Assembly: GCA_019244185.1 (NCBI GenBank)
Contig: JAFATB010000006.1
Coordinates: 32,001-96,000, forward strand
Length of the DNA: 64,000 nt
Direction of reading: 5' to 3'
From: Acidobacteriota bacterium
Lineage (GTDB): Bacteria > Acidobacteriota > Thermoanaerobaculia > Gp7-AA8
Position 1 is the first letter of the stretch; each line of letters starts with the position of its first letter. Of this stretch, positions 51,000 to 60,825 are shown one piece after another. Below the pieces are notes generated by a model. It searched no databases. It saw only the letters and a list, made by a program, of their open reading frames with translations, and was not told the origin of the DNA. The position numbers and the translations under genes are program-made.

Positions 51000-51425
51000 T
51001 CAGGCGACGCGGACGTGAAGGACCAGCCCTTCGACGTGCGTCACCACGCAGCGCTGGCCGCGGGCCAGCGATGTTTCCCCGATGTTGCGCGCGCTCCAGG
51101 TCGTGCCGCGCATCTCTGCTTTACCGATCGACGCGGGCGCGATGTCGTCCAGCGCGATGGCCTGCTCGCCGACGAGCGTGTCGACGACGCGCGTCTCGTT
51201 CAGCCGCAGCCGGCGCACGACGTACGGCCGCACGAAGAAAAACGCGGCGAGCGACACGCCGGTGAAGACGAGCAGCTCTCCCCACAACGGCAGGTGCACG
51301 CCAACGGCGACCAGCACCGCGACGACGAACGCGCCGACGGCGAAGAAGGCGATGTGCATCGTCGTCGACGCCATCTCGACGGCCAGCAGCACGAAGCCGA
51401 TGAGCACCCAGATCCACCACGCCAT
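51000..51425 (-). CDS. NfeD family membrane protein (SPFH partner)
   Basis: MAWWIW, three TM segments, LVGE, GTTWSAR, VEGLVLHV. Confidence 0.88.
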   Translation of the reverse strand: MAWWIWVLIGFVLLAVEMASTTMHIAFFAVGAFVVAVLVAVGVHLPLWGELLVFTGVSLAAFFFVRPYVVRRLRLNETRVVDTLVGEQAIALDDIAPASIGKAEMRGTTWSARNIGETSLARGQRCVVTHVEGLVLHVRVA

Positions 51426-51492
51426 GTGCGGTGAAAGGAGGGTAGCAGAAGTACGAAATGCGCGCCGGGCGTGCGGTACAGTAACGCGCCGT

Positions 51493-52059
51493 ATGAGCAA
51501 GAAAGCCGCGAAGAACGCGTTGTCGTCGAAACAACAGGACGAGCTCCTCGAGACCCTCAAAGCGCGTTTCGAGAAACACGGCAAGCGCCACAAAGGCATC
51601 GAGTGGTCCGACGTGCAGAAGAAGCTCGAGAAGCAGCCTGAGAAGCTGTCGGTGCTGCACGAGATGGAGTGCACCGGCGGCGAGCCGGACGTCGTCGGTC
51701 ACGACGGCGGCACGTTCGTGTTCTACGACTGCTCCGCCGAGAGTCCCGCGGGACGCAGAAGTCTCTGCTACGACCGCGAGGCGCTCGACGCGCGGAAAGA
51801 GAATCGTCCCGAAGGCAGCGCGGCCGACATGGCCGCCGAGATCGGCATCGAGTTGCTGACGGAAACGCAGTATCGCGAGCTGCAGAAGCTCGGTGCGTTC
51901 GATCTCAAGACGTCGAGCTGGATCGAGACGCCTGCCGCGATCCGCAAGCTCGGCGGCGCGCTGTTCTGCGATCGGCGCTACGACACCGTCTTCACGTATC
52001 ACAACGGCGCGCAGTCGTATTACGCGGCGCGCGGCTTCCGCGGCTCGCTCAGAGTCTGA
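51493..52059 (+). CDS. DUF4256 domain protein
   Basis: ME.TGGEPDVV, DCSAESPAGRRSLCYD, DLKTSSW, YHNGAQSYY.ARGFRG. Confidence 0.85.
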   Translation: MSKKAAKNALSSKQQDELLETLKARFEKHGKRHKGIEWSDVQKKLEKQPEKLSVLHEMECTGGEPDVVGHDGGTFVFYDCSAESPAGRRSLCYDREALDARKENRPEGSAADMAAEIGIELLTETQYRELQKLGAFDLKTSSWIETPAAIRKLGGALFCDRRYDTVFTYHNGAQSYYAARGFRGSLRV

Positions 52060-52063
52060 AGCG

Positions 52064-52492
52064 TTAGTCGATCCCGACCAGCTCCAGCTCGAACGTGAGG
52101 TTCTTCCCCGCCAACGGATGGTTCGCGTCGAGCGTCACGGACGCGTCGTCGAGCGCGGTGACCTGCACGGCGGCGCTGCTGCCGTCGGGAAATCCGACCT
52201 GCAGCATGTCGCCCGTTTCGATCTCGGTGTCGGCCGGCATCTGGTCGCGGCCGACCTTGAACACGAGCTCCTCGCGGCGGTTGCCGTACGCGTTGTCCGC
52301 GGGAATGGTCTCGGTCTTCTTCTCGCCGGTCGACATCCCTTCGATCGCATTCTCGAAGCCGGGGATCACTTCGCCCGCGCCGAGGGTGAAGGTCAGCGGA
52401 TCGCTGCCGGCGGAGGAGTCGAACTCCGTGCCGTCGTCGAGAGTGCCGCGGTAGTGAACGTGAACGACATCGCCGCGCTTGGCTGTAGACAT
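52064..52492 (-). CDS. FKBP-type peptidyl-prolyl isomerase (SlyD/FkpB-like, no His tail)
   Basis: VHYRGTLDDGTEFDSS, VIPGFE, AYG, DANHPLAGKNLTF. Confidence 0.92.
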   Translation of the reverse strand: MSTAKRGDVVHVHYRGTLDDGTEFDSSAGSDPLTFTLGAGEVIPGFENAIEGMSTGEKKTETIPADNAYGNRREELVFKVGRDQMPADTEIETGDMLQVGFPDGSSAAVQVTALDDASVTLDANHPLAGKNLTFELELVGID

Positions 52493-52533
52493 GGCGGTGG
52501 ACGATGCGACTCTCGGGCCATTCCGCGCAAGCG

Positions 52534-53211
52534 TCACGGCTCGTAACGGCGGGTCGGCACGCCTTCGCTTTTGCGGATCGAAAGCTCGGCCAGCATCTGC
52601 GTCAGCCGCTTCCCTTCCGCCGTCGTCGACTCCCACGTGCGGCAGAGCACGTCCACCTGCAGCGGATCGATCTCCGCGGACACCGTGAAGCCGTTCGCGG
52701 GCTGCTCGATGCGGATGGTCTCCGTCTTCCGCCACGTGCCGTCGATGAACTCGCAGCGGCGATAGAGCTCGCCCTTGCCCGGCTGGTACATGTACGCGGC
52801 GAGCGGCGGGATGCCGCGCGCATTCGCCTTCTGCTCGTCGAGCGCGCGGATGATGCGCTCGGCGATGAGCTCGCGCAGCGCGCGCCGCGAGTCGCCGATC
52901 TCGCTCATGATCCGCACGCCGGAGTGATAGATGCTCGTCGCTCCCATCGTCTTCGCGAGACGCCACAGCGTCGAGCGCACCACGTTGCAGACCAGCTCGA
53001 CGTCGCGGCCCTGCCAGTCGATGACGAGAGGCTGCGTGAGGCCGGGCGCGATGCGGCCCTCGTGCGCGAGGAGAAAGCCCGTGACCGACACCTCGAGCAC
53101 GTGCACGCGCACGTCGCCGAACCGCGCCGGCAGAGACTGATCGAGCTTCACTCTCCCGTAGCGGCGGCGTTCGGATCTGACGTTTGCCTGCAACCGCGCC
53201 AAGGGTGCCAT
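52534..53211 (-). CDS. PilZ domain protein with a C-terminal extension
   Basis: ERRRYGR and EVSVTG PilZ-like motifs in the C-terminal 225 aa of ORF 52534..55584. Start is approximate. Confidence 0.65.
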   Translation of the reverse strand: MAPLARLQANVRSERRRYGRVKLDQSLPARFGDVRVHVLEVSVTGFLLAHEGRIAPGLTQPLVIDWQGRDVELVCNVVRSTLWRLAKTMGATSIYHSGVRIMSEIGDSRRALRELIAERIIRALDEQKANARGIPPLAAYMYQPGKGELYRRCEFIDGTWRKTETIRIEQPANGFTVSAEIDPLQVDVLCRTWESTTAEGKRLTQMLAELSIRKSEGVPTRRYEP

Positions 53212-53247
53212 CAAGCGCCGTCCGCGAGGCGATGTCAAGCGTGCCTC

Positions 53248-53253
53248 TATAAT
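53248..53253 (+). promoter_or_regulatory. Consensus -10 box (TATAAT) upstream of the MCP gene
   Basis: Perfect TATAAT 12 nt before ATG 53266 in a short divergent intergenic region. Confidence 0.5.
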
Positions 53254-53265
53254 CGCGACATCCCT

Positions 53266-55755
53266 ATGTCTTTCAGTCGCCGGTACCTGCTCTGGCTTCT
53301 CGCGCCGCCGCTCGCGATCAGCGTGCCGCCCGCGCTGCTCTTCCTCACGCAGGTGGTGCAGCTCTCGACGGCGCATCTCTTCGGCCTCGTCGCGCTGCTC
53401 GCGGTGATGTATGCCTTCGGCTGCGTCGTCTTCACCCTCGGCGTGCGCCCGTATGCCGAGGCCGTCGAGGCCGCGCTGAACGGCCGCGGCGATCTCTCGC
53501 GCGCGATGTCGGCGTGTCTCGATCGCACGAAAGCGCTCTCGCTCGCGCTCTGGGCCGGCGGCGCGTTTCTCTTCGCGCTCGTCGCGTCGCTGCTCTTCAT
53601 CCGCACGCTCAACGGCTTCGCGCATTTCGCCGTCGCGGGACTGATCTCCGCGTTCGCCTCGATCGTCTGGGGCTACGCGATGGGCAAGCATCAGCTGCTG
53701 CGCGCCGCCGCCGGCAAGCGCGTGCACTACACCGGCTCCGGCATCACCCTCGGCAAGAAGATCGCCATCGTCTTCATCGGCTCGCTCAGCGTCTCCGCGC
53801 TGGCGCTGATCCTTCTCATCTCGACGCGCGTCTCGCAGACGCTCGAGCGGCTGGCGATCGATTCGTCGGCGGATCGCTTCCAGCGCGTGATGGACAACGC
53901 CAACGTGCTCGCGAAGGTCGACGCGTCGGCGCTCGACACGATGCGCATCTACATCCCGTCGGACTACTCGCTGCACCTCATCGATCCGCACGGGCACGTC
54001 ACCGACACGAAAGACGCGCTGACGCCGGAGGAGATCGCGGCCATGCGCGCGATCCGCAACGGCGACAGCAACGCGTACGTGAGTCCGCACGTGAGCCGCT
54101 TCGCGCAGCTGCGCGACGGCTCGATCCTCGCGCTGTCGATCCCGTGGACGCAGTACAAGAACATCCCCGCGCAGATCACGTTCTACACGCTCGTCGTGGT
54201 GCTGCTGACCACGGCCGTGTTCAGCGCGGCGACGGTGATTCTCTCGCGCGACGCCACCATGCCGCTCAACGCGCTGCGCGAGCTCGCGCGCGAGATGGCG
54301 CAGGGCAACTTCGACGTCGCGCCGCAAGTCTTCTCCGACGACGAGATCGGCCAGCTCGCCGACAGCTTCGGCGAAACGCGCGCGAATCTGCGGCGGCTCC
54401 TCGGGCGCGTCGGCGGCAGCGGCTCGACGATCACCGACGGCGTGCGCGTCATCACCGGCGGCACGGAGATGCTCCTCGCGCGCTCGCGCAACCAGAGCGA
54501 GCTGACCGAGAGCTCGTCGATGGCGGTCGAGAACGTGCGCGCCGGCGTGCGCAGCGTGCTCGCCGCCGCCGACACCGTTTCCGGACTCACGCAGGACGCG
54601 TCGAGCCGCGCGCTGGAACTGCAGGCGTCCGCCGAGGAAGTCGCGCGGAGCATGGACTACCTGTTTCAGTCGGTGGAGAAGACGTCGTCGTCGACGACGG
54701 AGATGAACGCGTCGATGAACGAGATGTCGCAGCGGACGGAAGTCCTGGCCGGCATCGGCGACGAAGTGCTCTCGTTCGTCGCGCAGATGGAGTCGACCGC
54801 GGGCGAGCTGCTGTCGTCCTCGCAGGCCACCGCGGAGATCGCGCAGCAGGTACGCGAGGACGCGCGCGGCGGCGGCGAAGCGGTGAACCGCACGGTCGAA
54901 GGCATCAACGCGACGCACGAGCTGACGATGAGCACCGCGCGCACGATCGACGAGTTGCAGCGCAGCGTCGGCGAGATCAGCCAGATCCTGACGGTCATCG
55001 AGGAGGTCGCGAACCGCACGAACCTGCTCTCGCTGAACGCCGCCATCATCGCCGCGCAGGCGGGCGAGCAGGGCGCCGGCTTCACCGTCGTCGCCGACGA
55101 GATCCGCGAGCTCGCCGAGCGCACGCGCGGCTCGACGAAAGAGATCGGCACGATCATCAAGGCCGTGCAGAGCGGCTCGCGCCAGGCCGTCGCCAAGATG
55201 CACGAGGGCGTGGCGAAAGTGACGGGCAACGTGCAGCTCGCGCAGGACGCCGCGCAGTCGCTCTCGAAGATCGTCGAGAGCGCGAGCCGCTCGTACGACA
55301 TGGCCACGCGCATCTCGCGCGCGCTCGGCGAGCAGTCGCAGGCCAGCCGCCGGCTGCACGAGGTCACCTCGCGCATGTCCGATCACATCTCCGAGATCAA
55401 CCGCGCCACGCGCGAACAGGCGCGCGGTACGCAGCTGATGACCGAAGAATCCGAGCGCGTGCGCGACATCGCCGCGCAGGTCAAGAACGCGACGGCGGAA
55501 CAATCGACGGCCGGCCGCGGCATCACGTCGGCGCTCGAAAAGATCGCCGAAGACGCGCGCGCGATGCGCAACCTCCTCGAGCATCAGCTGCAGGAGACCG
55601 ACCGCATCGCCGACGCCTCACGGGAGATGCTCGACATCGCGCAGAAGAACGACGCCGTCGCGCGCGAGTTCACGACGACTGTTCAGAACCTCGTGCGCAG
55701 CGGCCGCGAGTTCGAGAGCGAAGTGACGCGCTTCAAGTTCAGCGCGGACGCGTAG
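53266..55755 (+). CDS. Methyl-accepting chemotaxis protein
   Basis: Multiple TM helices, HAMP (DEIGQLA), hairpin tip RTNLLSLNAAIIAAQAGEQGAGFTVVADEIRELAERT. Confidence 0.93.
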   Translation: MSFSRRYLLWLLAPPLAISVPPALLFLTQVVQLSTAHLFGLVALLAVMYAFGCVVFTLGVRPYAEAVEAALNGRGDLSRAMSACLDRTKALSLALWAGGAFLFALVASLLFIRTLNGFAHFAVAGLISAFASIVWGYAMGKHQLLRAAAGKRVHYTGSGITLGKKIAIVFIGSLSVSALALILLISTRVSQTLERLAIDSSADRFQRVMDNANVLAKVDASALDTMRIYIPSDYSLHLIDPHGHVTDTKDALTPEEIAAMRAIRNGDSNAYVSPHVSRFAQLRDGSILALSIPWTQYKNIPAQITFYTLVVVLLTTAVFSAATVILSRDATMPLNALRELAREMAQGNFDVAPQVFSDDEIGQLADSFGETRANLRRLLGRVGGSGSTITDGVRVITGGTEMLLARSRNQSELTESSSMAVENVRAGVRSVLAAADTVSGLTQDASSRALELQASAEEVARSMDYLFQSVEKTSSSTTEMNASMNEMSQRTEVLAGIGDEVLSFVAQMESTAGELLSSSQATAEIAQQVREDARGGGEAVNRTVEGINATHELTMSTARTIDELQRSVGEISQILTVIEEVANRTNLLSLNAAIIAAQAGEQGAGFTVVADEIRELAERTRGSTKEIGTIIKAVQSGSRQAVAKMHEGVAKVTGNVQLAQDAAQSLSKIVESASRSYDMATRISRALGEQSQASRRLHEVTSRMSDHISEINRATREQARGTQLMTEESERVRDIAAQVKNATAEQSTAGRGITSALEKIAEDARAMRNLLEHQLQETDRIADASREMLDIAQKNDAVAREFTTTVQNLVRSGREFESEVTRFKFSADA

Positions 55756-55764
55756 GACTCACGG

Positions 55765-56808
55765 TCACGCCGGGCAGCGCTCGCACAAGGGCAAGCGTTC
55801 GTGCTTCCGCAGCAGCCGGCGGAACGCGCGGAACTTCGCGCCGTTCCACACTTCCTCGAACGGCCGCTCGAAGACGTTGCCCATGTCGAGCGTGAGGCAC
55901 GGATACAAACGGCCGCGCGGATCGACGAACGCGTACGACGAGATGAGCGTGCAAGGCCGCGCCGTCTTCCGCTGAAACTCCGGATCGCGGTAGAACTCGA
56001 TCATCTCCTCGACGGGCAGCGGCGGATGAAACTCGAGTCGATACGGATACTGCGTCGACGCGAGCGCGCGCAGCTCGCGCTCGAGCACGGTCACGTCGAC
56101 GTTCGGCATCTCGTCGCTGCAGTAGGTGTCGACGTCGGAGCGGAAGAACGTCGTGTCGCCGGTCGCGCGCGCGATCAGTTCTTCCGAGACCGGCCGCTGC
56201 GCCGTGCGCAGCCAGATCTGATGCTGCAGTCGAAACGTGTCGATGCGCCACGCGCGCAGCTCCTCGGCCCACGCCGTCAGCGACGCGTACGTCCCCTCGT
56301 AGACGGTCGAATAGATCTCGATCTGCGGCGTCTTCGAGCCGAGCCGCTCGCGCGCCTCGTGGATCTCGCGCACGACCTGCGCGCAGAGCTCGAACGTGCC
56401 GTTGCCGCGGAAGCGGTCGTTCGCCGACGGCGGATCGACCGACAGGCCGACGGCGAGGAGGCCGCTGCGCACGAGCTCTTCCGCGCGTCCCACGAGGCGC
56501 GTGCCGTTCGTCACCACCGTGATCGGCAGCCCGCGCGACACCGCCGCGGCGAAGATGCGCGGCCACTCCGGATGCAGGAACGGCTCGCCGCCGAAGAAGC
56601 GGATCATCGGCTTGAACGACGCGATCGACTCGATGAACGCGAGCGCCTTCTCCGTGTTCATCACCGCGCTCGGCCGCAGCGTCTCCATGTCCGTCGTGAT
56701 CGGACAGTACGTGCAGCGCAGATTGCACGCGTCGGTGAGGAGCATGTCCAGCCCCCATGGCAGCGGTGCGTAGCCGCTGATGCGGTGAAGGCCCGACGTG
56801 TATTGCAT
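55765..56808 (-). CDS. Radical SAM protein with a SPASM/twitch domain
   Basis: CNLRCTYC, FGGEPF, TNG, LSVD; C-terminal CTL...GRLYPC...MGNV...VWNG...CERC. Confidence 0.9.
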   Translation of the reverse strand: MQYTSGLHRISGYAPLPWGLDMLLTDACNLRCTYCPITTDMETLRPSAVMNTEKALAFIESIASFKPMIRFFGGEPFLHPEWPRIFAAAVSRGLPITVVTNGTRLVGRAEELVRSGLLAVGLSVDPPSANDRFRGNGTFELCAQVVREIHEARERLGSKTPQIEIYSTVYEGTYASLTAWAEELRAWRIDTFRLQHQIWLRTAQRPVSEELIARATGDTTFFRSDVDTYCSDEMPNVDVTVLERELRALASTQYPYRLEFHPPLPVEEMIEFYRDPEFQRKTARPCTLISSYAFVDPRGRLYPCLTLDMGNVFERPFEEVWNGAKFRAFRRLLRKHERLPLCERCPA

Positions 56809-56885
56809 GGCCCGTGGTACGGAGACAACGGACGGCGTGTCTACGCCGCCCGTGCGTGTTCACAACACGGACACGCGACGCGCGC

Positions 56886-58454
56886 TCACACCGCGCACAG
56901 CCACACCGCGTCGCCCACTTCGATGCGGAACTCCGGCGCGACGTTGCGCAGCACGGCGCCCCCACGCTCGACGGCGAGCACGATGCGCGCGTCCTGCAGC
57001 GCGAGATCGCCGGCGGTGCGTCCCGCGCACGACGCGCCGTCGACGCGGAAGATGCGGCGGTGCTCTTCGCGGACGCGCGCCTCGCGCCCGAGGAGGCGGG
57101 CGGAGAGCATCTCGCCGGAGACGTCGGAGATCGAGAGCGCGTAGTCGGCGCCGGCGCGGTGAATGTTCTCGACGTTCCGCGCGTGATTCACGCGGGCGAT
57201 GATCGGCACGTCACCGGCGAGATCGCGCGCGATGACCGTGGCGAAGAGCGTGGAGTCGTCGCTGTCGAGCGCGAGGATGAGACCGCGCGAGGTCGCGAAG
57301 CCCGCGCGCGCGAGGACGTACGTATCGAGCACGTCACCCGCGACGTCGACGTTCGCGCCCGCGCGCTGTTCGATGACGCGCACTTCCTCGCCGACATCGG
57401 TGAGCAGCTCGTGGACTTTGCGTCCAACTTCGCCGAAGCCGCCGATGAGGAACGGACCGCTATTGCGCAGCAGCGGCGTGCCGAGCATCGCCGCGGTCTG
57501 CTCCAGCGCGTCCGCGTCGCCCACGAGCTCGACGACCGCGTTCGGCTCGAGCACGGTGTTGCCGTGACAGCGCGTGTGCAATCGCGACCGCGACCACAGG
57601 CCGACCACCACCGCCGGCAGCTTCGCCTCCGCCAGCGTTTTCCCCGCGAGCGGACTCGCGGGCGGCACGCGCAGTTCGCGGCGCTCGAGTCCTTCGAGCC
57701 GATCGATGCCCGGCAGGCGCGGGCTGATGCGATCGCTCGCATGCGCCGCGAGCGCCGCGGCGACGATGTGCCGCGGCGTGTACGCGGCCGTCGCGCCGGC
57801 AAGCTCCATCGGCTTGCGATGCGATGGATCTTCGACGAACGCGAGGATCTCTTTCGTGAAGCCCATCTGCCGCGCGCGCAGGATCAGCGCCGCGTTTTCC
57901 TGATCGCGTCCGTTGGCGACGATCGCGCGCGCGTCGCCGAGGCGGCAGATGTCGAGCAGGTCTTCCTCGGTGCGGCTGAAGACGACCGGCTGTCCGCGCT
58001 CCATCATCGCGCGCGCCTGCGGCTCGTCGAGCTCGACGACGAGCGACGCCACGTTCTTCGCCGCGAGCCGCAGCAGCAGCGTCTCGACGGTCGGTCCGAA
58101 ACGGAAGACGATCACGTGGTCTTCGAGATCGTCGCGCGCGACGCGCGGCACGCGTTCTTCAAAGCGTTCTTCGAGGAACGGCACGAGGAAGATCGGAATG
58201 ACGAGGAAGAACAGAAACACGCCGGCGAACTGCACGACCACGACGAGCAGCACCATTGCCGGATGCTTCCACTTCGCGTCCGCGCCGTAGCCGGTCGTGC
58301 TCAGCGTCTCCGCCGACCATTCGAACGAGTCCCAGAACGAGCGCGGCTTCCCTTCGAGGCGCGCCATGCCGAGCTGGTACAGCAGCGCGGTGAGCACGAG
58401 AAACGCCGTGAGCGCGGCGACGAGCGCGAGCAGGCGTCGGGAAGAGCGCTGCAT
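56886..58454 (-). CDS. Potassium channel-like protein (2TM pore + tandem TrkA/RCK domains)
   Basis: Filter LSTTGYG between two TM helices, two RCK N domains (GFGEVG) and RCK C domains. Start ATG 58454. Confidence 0.85.
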   Translation of the reverse strand: MQRSSRRLLALVAALTAFLVLTALLYQLGMARLEGKPRSFWDSFEWSAETLSTTGYGADAKWKHPAMVLLVVVVQFAGVFLFFLVIPIFLVPFLEERFEERVPRVARDDLEDHVIVFRFGPTVETLLLRLAAKNVASLVVELDEPQARAMMERGQPVVFSRTEEDLLDICRLGDARAIVANGRDQENAALILRARQMGFTKEILAFVEDPSHRKPMELAGATAAYTPRHIVAAALAAHASDRISPRLPGIDRLEGLERRELRVPPASPLAGKTLAEAKLPAVVVGLWSRSRLHTRCHGNTVLEPNAVVELVGDADALEQTAAMLGTPLLRNSGPFLIGGFGEVGRKVHELLTDVGEEVRVIEQRAGANVDVAGDVLDTYVLARAGFATSRGLILALDSDDSTLFATVIARDLAGDVPIIARVNHARNVENIHRAGADYALSISDVSGEMLSARLLGREARVREEHRRIFRVDGASCAGRTAGDLALQDARIVLAVERGGAVLRNVAPEFRIEVGDAVWLCAV

Positions 58455-58470
58455 GGGAGGATAGTACGCG

Positions 58471-59274
58471 ATGCATCTGCTCTGCTCCGTGCGCACGTGT
58501 CACCAGCCCCTTGCCTTGCGCGAGCGGATCTACGTCTGTGCGAACGGCCACGCGTTCGACGTCGCACGCAGCGGCTACGTGAATCTGCTGCAGCCGCAGG
58601 ACCGCCGCTCGCATGCACCGGGCGACACGCCGCAGGCCGTCACCGCGCGCCGCCGTTTTCTCGAACGCGGCTTCGCCGCGCCGCTCGTCGACGCGATCGT
58701 CGCTGCGCTGCCGCTGCGTTCCGGCGACACGCTCCTCGATGCCGGCTGCGGCGAAGGCCATCACCTCGGCGCGTTCCGCCGTGCCTACGCGATCGAAGGC
58801 CACGGCGTCGACATCTCCGTTCCAGCCATCGAGCTCGCAGCGAAGCGCTATCGCGACTGCACGTGGGTCGTCGCGAACGCGGACCGCTTCCTGCCGTACG
58901 CCGACGCGTCGTTCCACGCGGTCGCATCGATCACCGCGCGCCTCAGTCCCGAAGAGTTCCGCCGCGTGCTCGCGCCCGGCGGCGCGTTGCTCGTCGTGCT
59001 GCCCGGCGCCGACGATCTCATCGAGCTGCGCGCCGCGGTCCTCGGCGAGCGCGTCGAACGCGACCGCACGCAACGCACGATCGAACAGTTCGCGCCGCTC
59101 TTCACGCTCGAACGCCACGCGCGCATCGAGCATCACGCGGAGCTCGATCGCGACGCGATCGCCGACGTGATGTCGTCGTCGTATCGCGGATTGCGTGCGC
59201 GCGAGCGCGAGAAACTCGATACGCTGCGCGCGATGAACGTGACCCTCAGCCGCGACCTGCTGCTCTTCCGATGA
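58471..59274 (+). CDS. rlmA: 23S rRNA m1G745/m1G748 methyltransferase, RlmA-like
   Basis: Zinc finger C....C...CANGH.FD.ARSGYVNLL, PGD, ARRRFL, LDAGCGEG, GVDIS. Confidence 0.8.
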   Translation: MHLLCSVRTCHQPLALRERIYVCANGHAFDVARSGYVNLLQPQDRRSHAPGDTPQAVTARRRFLERGFAAPLVDAIVAALPLRSGDTLLDAGCGEGHHLGAFRRAYAIEGHGVDISVPAIELAAKRYRDCTWVVANADRFLPYADASFHAVASITARLSPEEFRRVLAPGGALLVVLPGADDLIELRAAVLGERVERDRTQRTIEQFAPLFTLERHARIEHHAELDRDAIADVMSSSYRGLRAREREKLDTLRAMNVTLSRDLLLFR

Positions 59275-59531
59275 GCGAACGGTGGATGACCGCGATCGGA
59301 CTCGCGGCGGCGATCGGGACGACCGGCGCGTGGCTGCCGCAAGTCTGGCAGACGCTGAAGACGCGCAGCGCCGCCGATTTCTCGTGGCACTACCTGCGCC
59401 TCTTCGCGACCGGCGTCTTTCTGTGGCTCGTCTACGGCGTGCTGCGCCGCGACATCGCGATCATGGTGGCGAACGCGGTGACGTTCCTGCTCGTGCTCGC
59501 GGTGGTGTTCGTGAAGTGGCGGGGACGGTAG
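59271..59531 (+). CDS. SemiSWEET (PQ-loop) transporter
   Basis: TTGAWLPQV..TLKTRSA.DFS, LWLVYG, AN.VT. ATGA-coupled to the rlmA-like gene. Confidence 0.85.
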   Translation: MSERWMTAIGLAAAIGTTGAWLPQVWQTLKTRSAADFSWHYLRLFATGVFLWLVYGVLRRDIAIMVANAVTFLLVLAVVFVKWRGR

Positions 59532-59538
59532 GAAGTGC

Positions 59539-59567
59539 GGTCCGCCGCGCGTTTGACGCGGCGGACC
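59539..59567. terminator. Hairpin between convergent genes, probable terminator
   Basis: ggtccgccgcg-cgtttga-cgcggcggacc. Confidence 0.65.
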
Positions 59568-59576
59568 TGACACGAA

Positions 59577-60707
59577 CTAGTCAAACTTGATGGGCCGCAC
59601 GTAATGGCACGTGTAGCCGCCCGGATGCTTGATCAGGTAATCCTGGTGGTACTCCTCGGCCGTCCAGAACGCTTTCGCCGGAACGATCTCGGTGACGATG
59701 GGACGCTTCCACGCGCCCGACTTCTCCACCTTCGCCTTCACCTGCTCCGCGACCCGGCGCTGCTCGTCGTTGTGGTAGAAGATCGCCGAGCGATACGACG
59801 TGCCGACGTCGTTCCCCTGCCGGTTGAGCGTCGTCGGATCGTGCATCTTGAAGAAGAACTCGAGGATCTGCGCGTACGAGATCTTCGCCGGATCGAACGT
59901 CAGCTCGACGGCTTCCGCGTGTCCCTCGTGATGCTCGTACGTCGCGTGCTCGACGTTGCCGCCGGTGTAGCCGACGACGACGTGCGTCACGCCGGGAAGC
60001 TTGCGCAGCAGGTCTTCCATCCCCCAGAAGCAGCCGCCGGCGAGCGTGGCCGTCTGCAGGTGCGACGCGTCGGTGTGCGCGCTGCCCGTCACGTGCGTGT
60101 TGCTGACCGGCTTGATCTCGTTGTTGTGCGTGCTCTTGCCGAAGAGCGACGCGTAGCGGCCGTAGCCTTCCGCCTCGAGCCGATCGGCGGGGATGAAGCG
60201 GAGCGACGCCGAGTTCATGCAATAGCGGAGGCCGGTCGGCGCGGGACCGTCGTCGAAGACGTGCCCGAGGTGCGAGTCGGCGTGCTTCGAGCGGACCTCG
60301 GTGCGCGCCATGAAGAGTTTGCGATCCGTCTTCGTGGTGACGTTCTCGGGCGCGAGCGGCTTGGTGAAGCTCGGCCAGCCGGTGCCGGAATCGAACTTAT
60401 CGAGCGACGAGAACAGCGGCTCGCCGGAGACGACGTCGACGTAGATGCCCGGCTGGTGATTGTTCCAATACTCGTTGCGGAAGGCCGGCTCGGTGCCTTC
60501 GTGCTGCGTGACCTCGTACTGGAGCGGCGTCAGCTTCTGGCGCAGCTCGGCGTCGGCCGGTTTGGTGAAGTTGTCAGGCGACTGCGACATGGATCGAGTT
60601 CCTCCTTTGGATGCGTTCGCGGGGAGCGGCGCGGACTGCGATTGGGCGCAGCCGAAAAGGAGCACTACGAGAAACGAAACGACCTGGATGTGACGACGAT
60701 GGACCAC
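59577..60707 (-). CDS. msrAB: Bifunctional methionine sulfoxide reductase MsrB-MsrA with a lipoprotein-type signal
   Basis: MsrB: [26 protein letters not shown]. MsrA: [31 protein letters not shown]-terminal LLFGC. Confidence 0.93.
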   Translation of the reverse strand: MVHRRHIQVVSFLVVLLFGCAQSQSAPLPANASKGGTRSMSQSPDNFTKPADAELRQKLTPLQYEVTQHEGTEPAFRNEYWNNHQPGIYVDVVSGEPLFSSLDKFDSGTGWPSFTKPLAPENVTTKTDRKLFMARTEVRSKHADSHLGHVFDDGPAPTGLRYCMNSASLRFIPADRLEAEGYGRYASLFGKSTHNNEIKPVSNTHVTGSAHTDASHLQTATLAGGCFWGMEDLLRKLPGVTHVVVGYTGGNVEHATYEHHEGHAEAVELTFDPAKISYAQILEFFFKMHDPTTLNRQGNDVGTSYRSAIFYHNDEQRRVAEQVKAKVEKSGAWKRPIVTEIVPAKAFWTAEEYHQDYLIKHPGGYTCHYVRPIKFD

Positions 60708-60825
60708 CGCGTGCCTCCTTGCACCGATTGAAACGAACGGGTTGGGTTCGAATATTCGATGTCGGAGGCGCGCGGCGGTTTCTCGTCAGGCGTTACGTCT
60801 CGGTCAACGCTGACAACCGTGCAGG

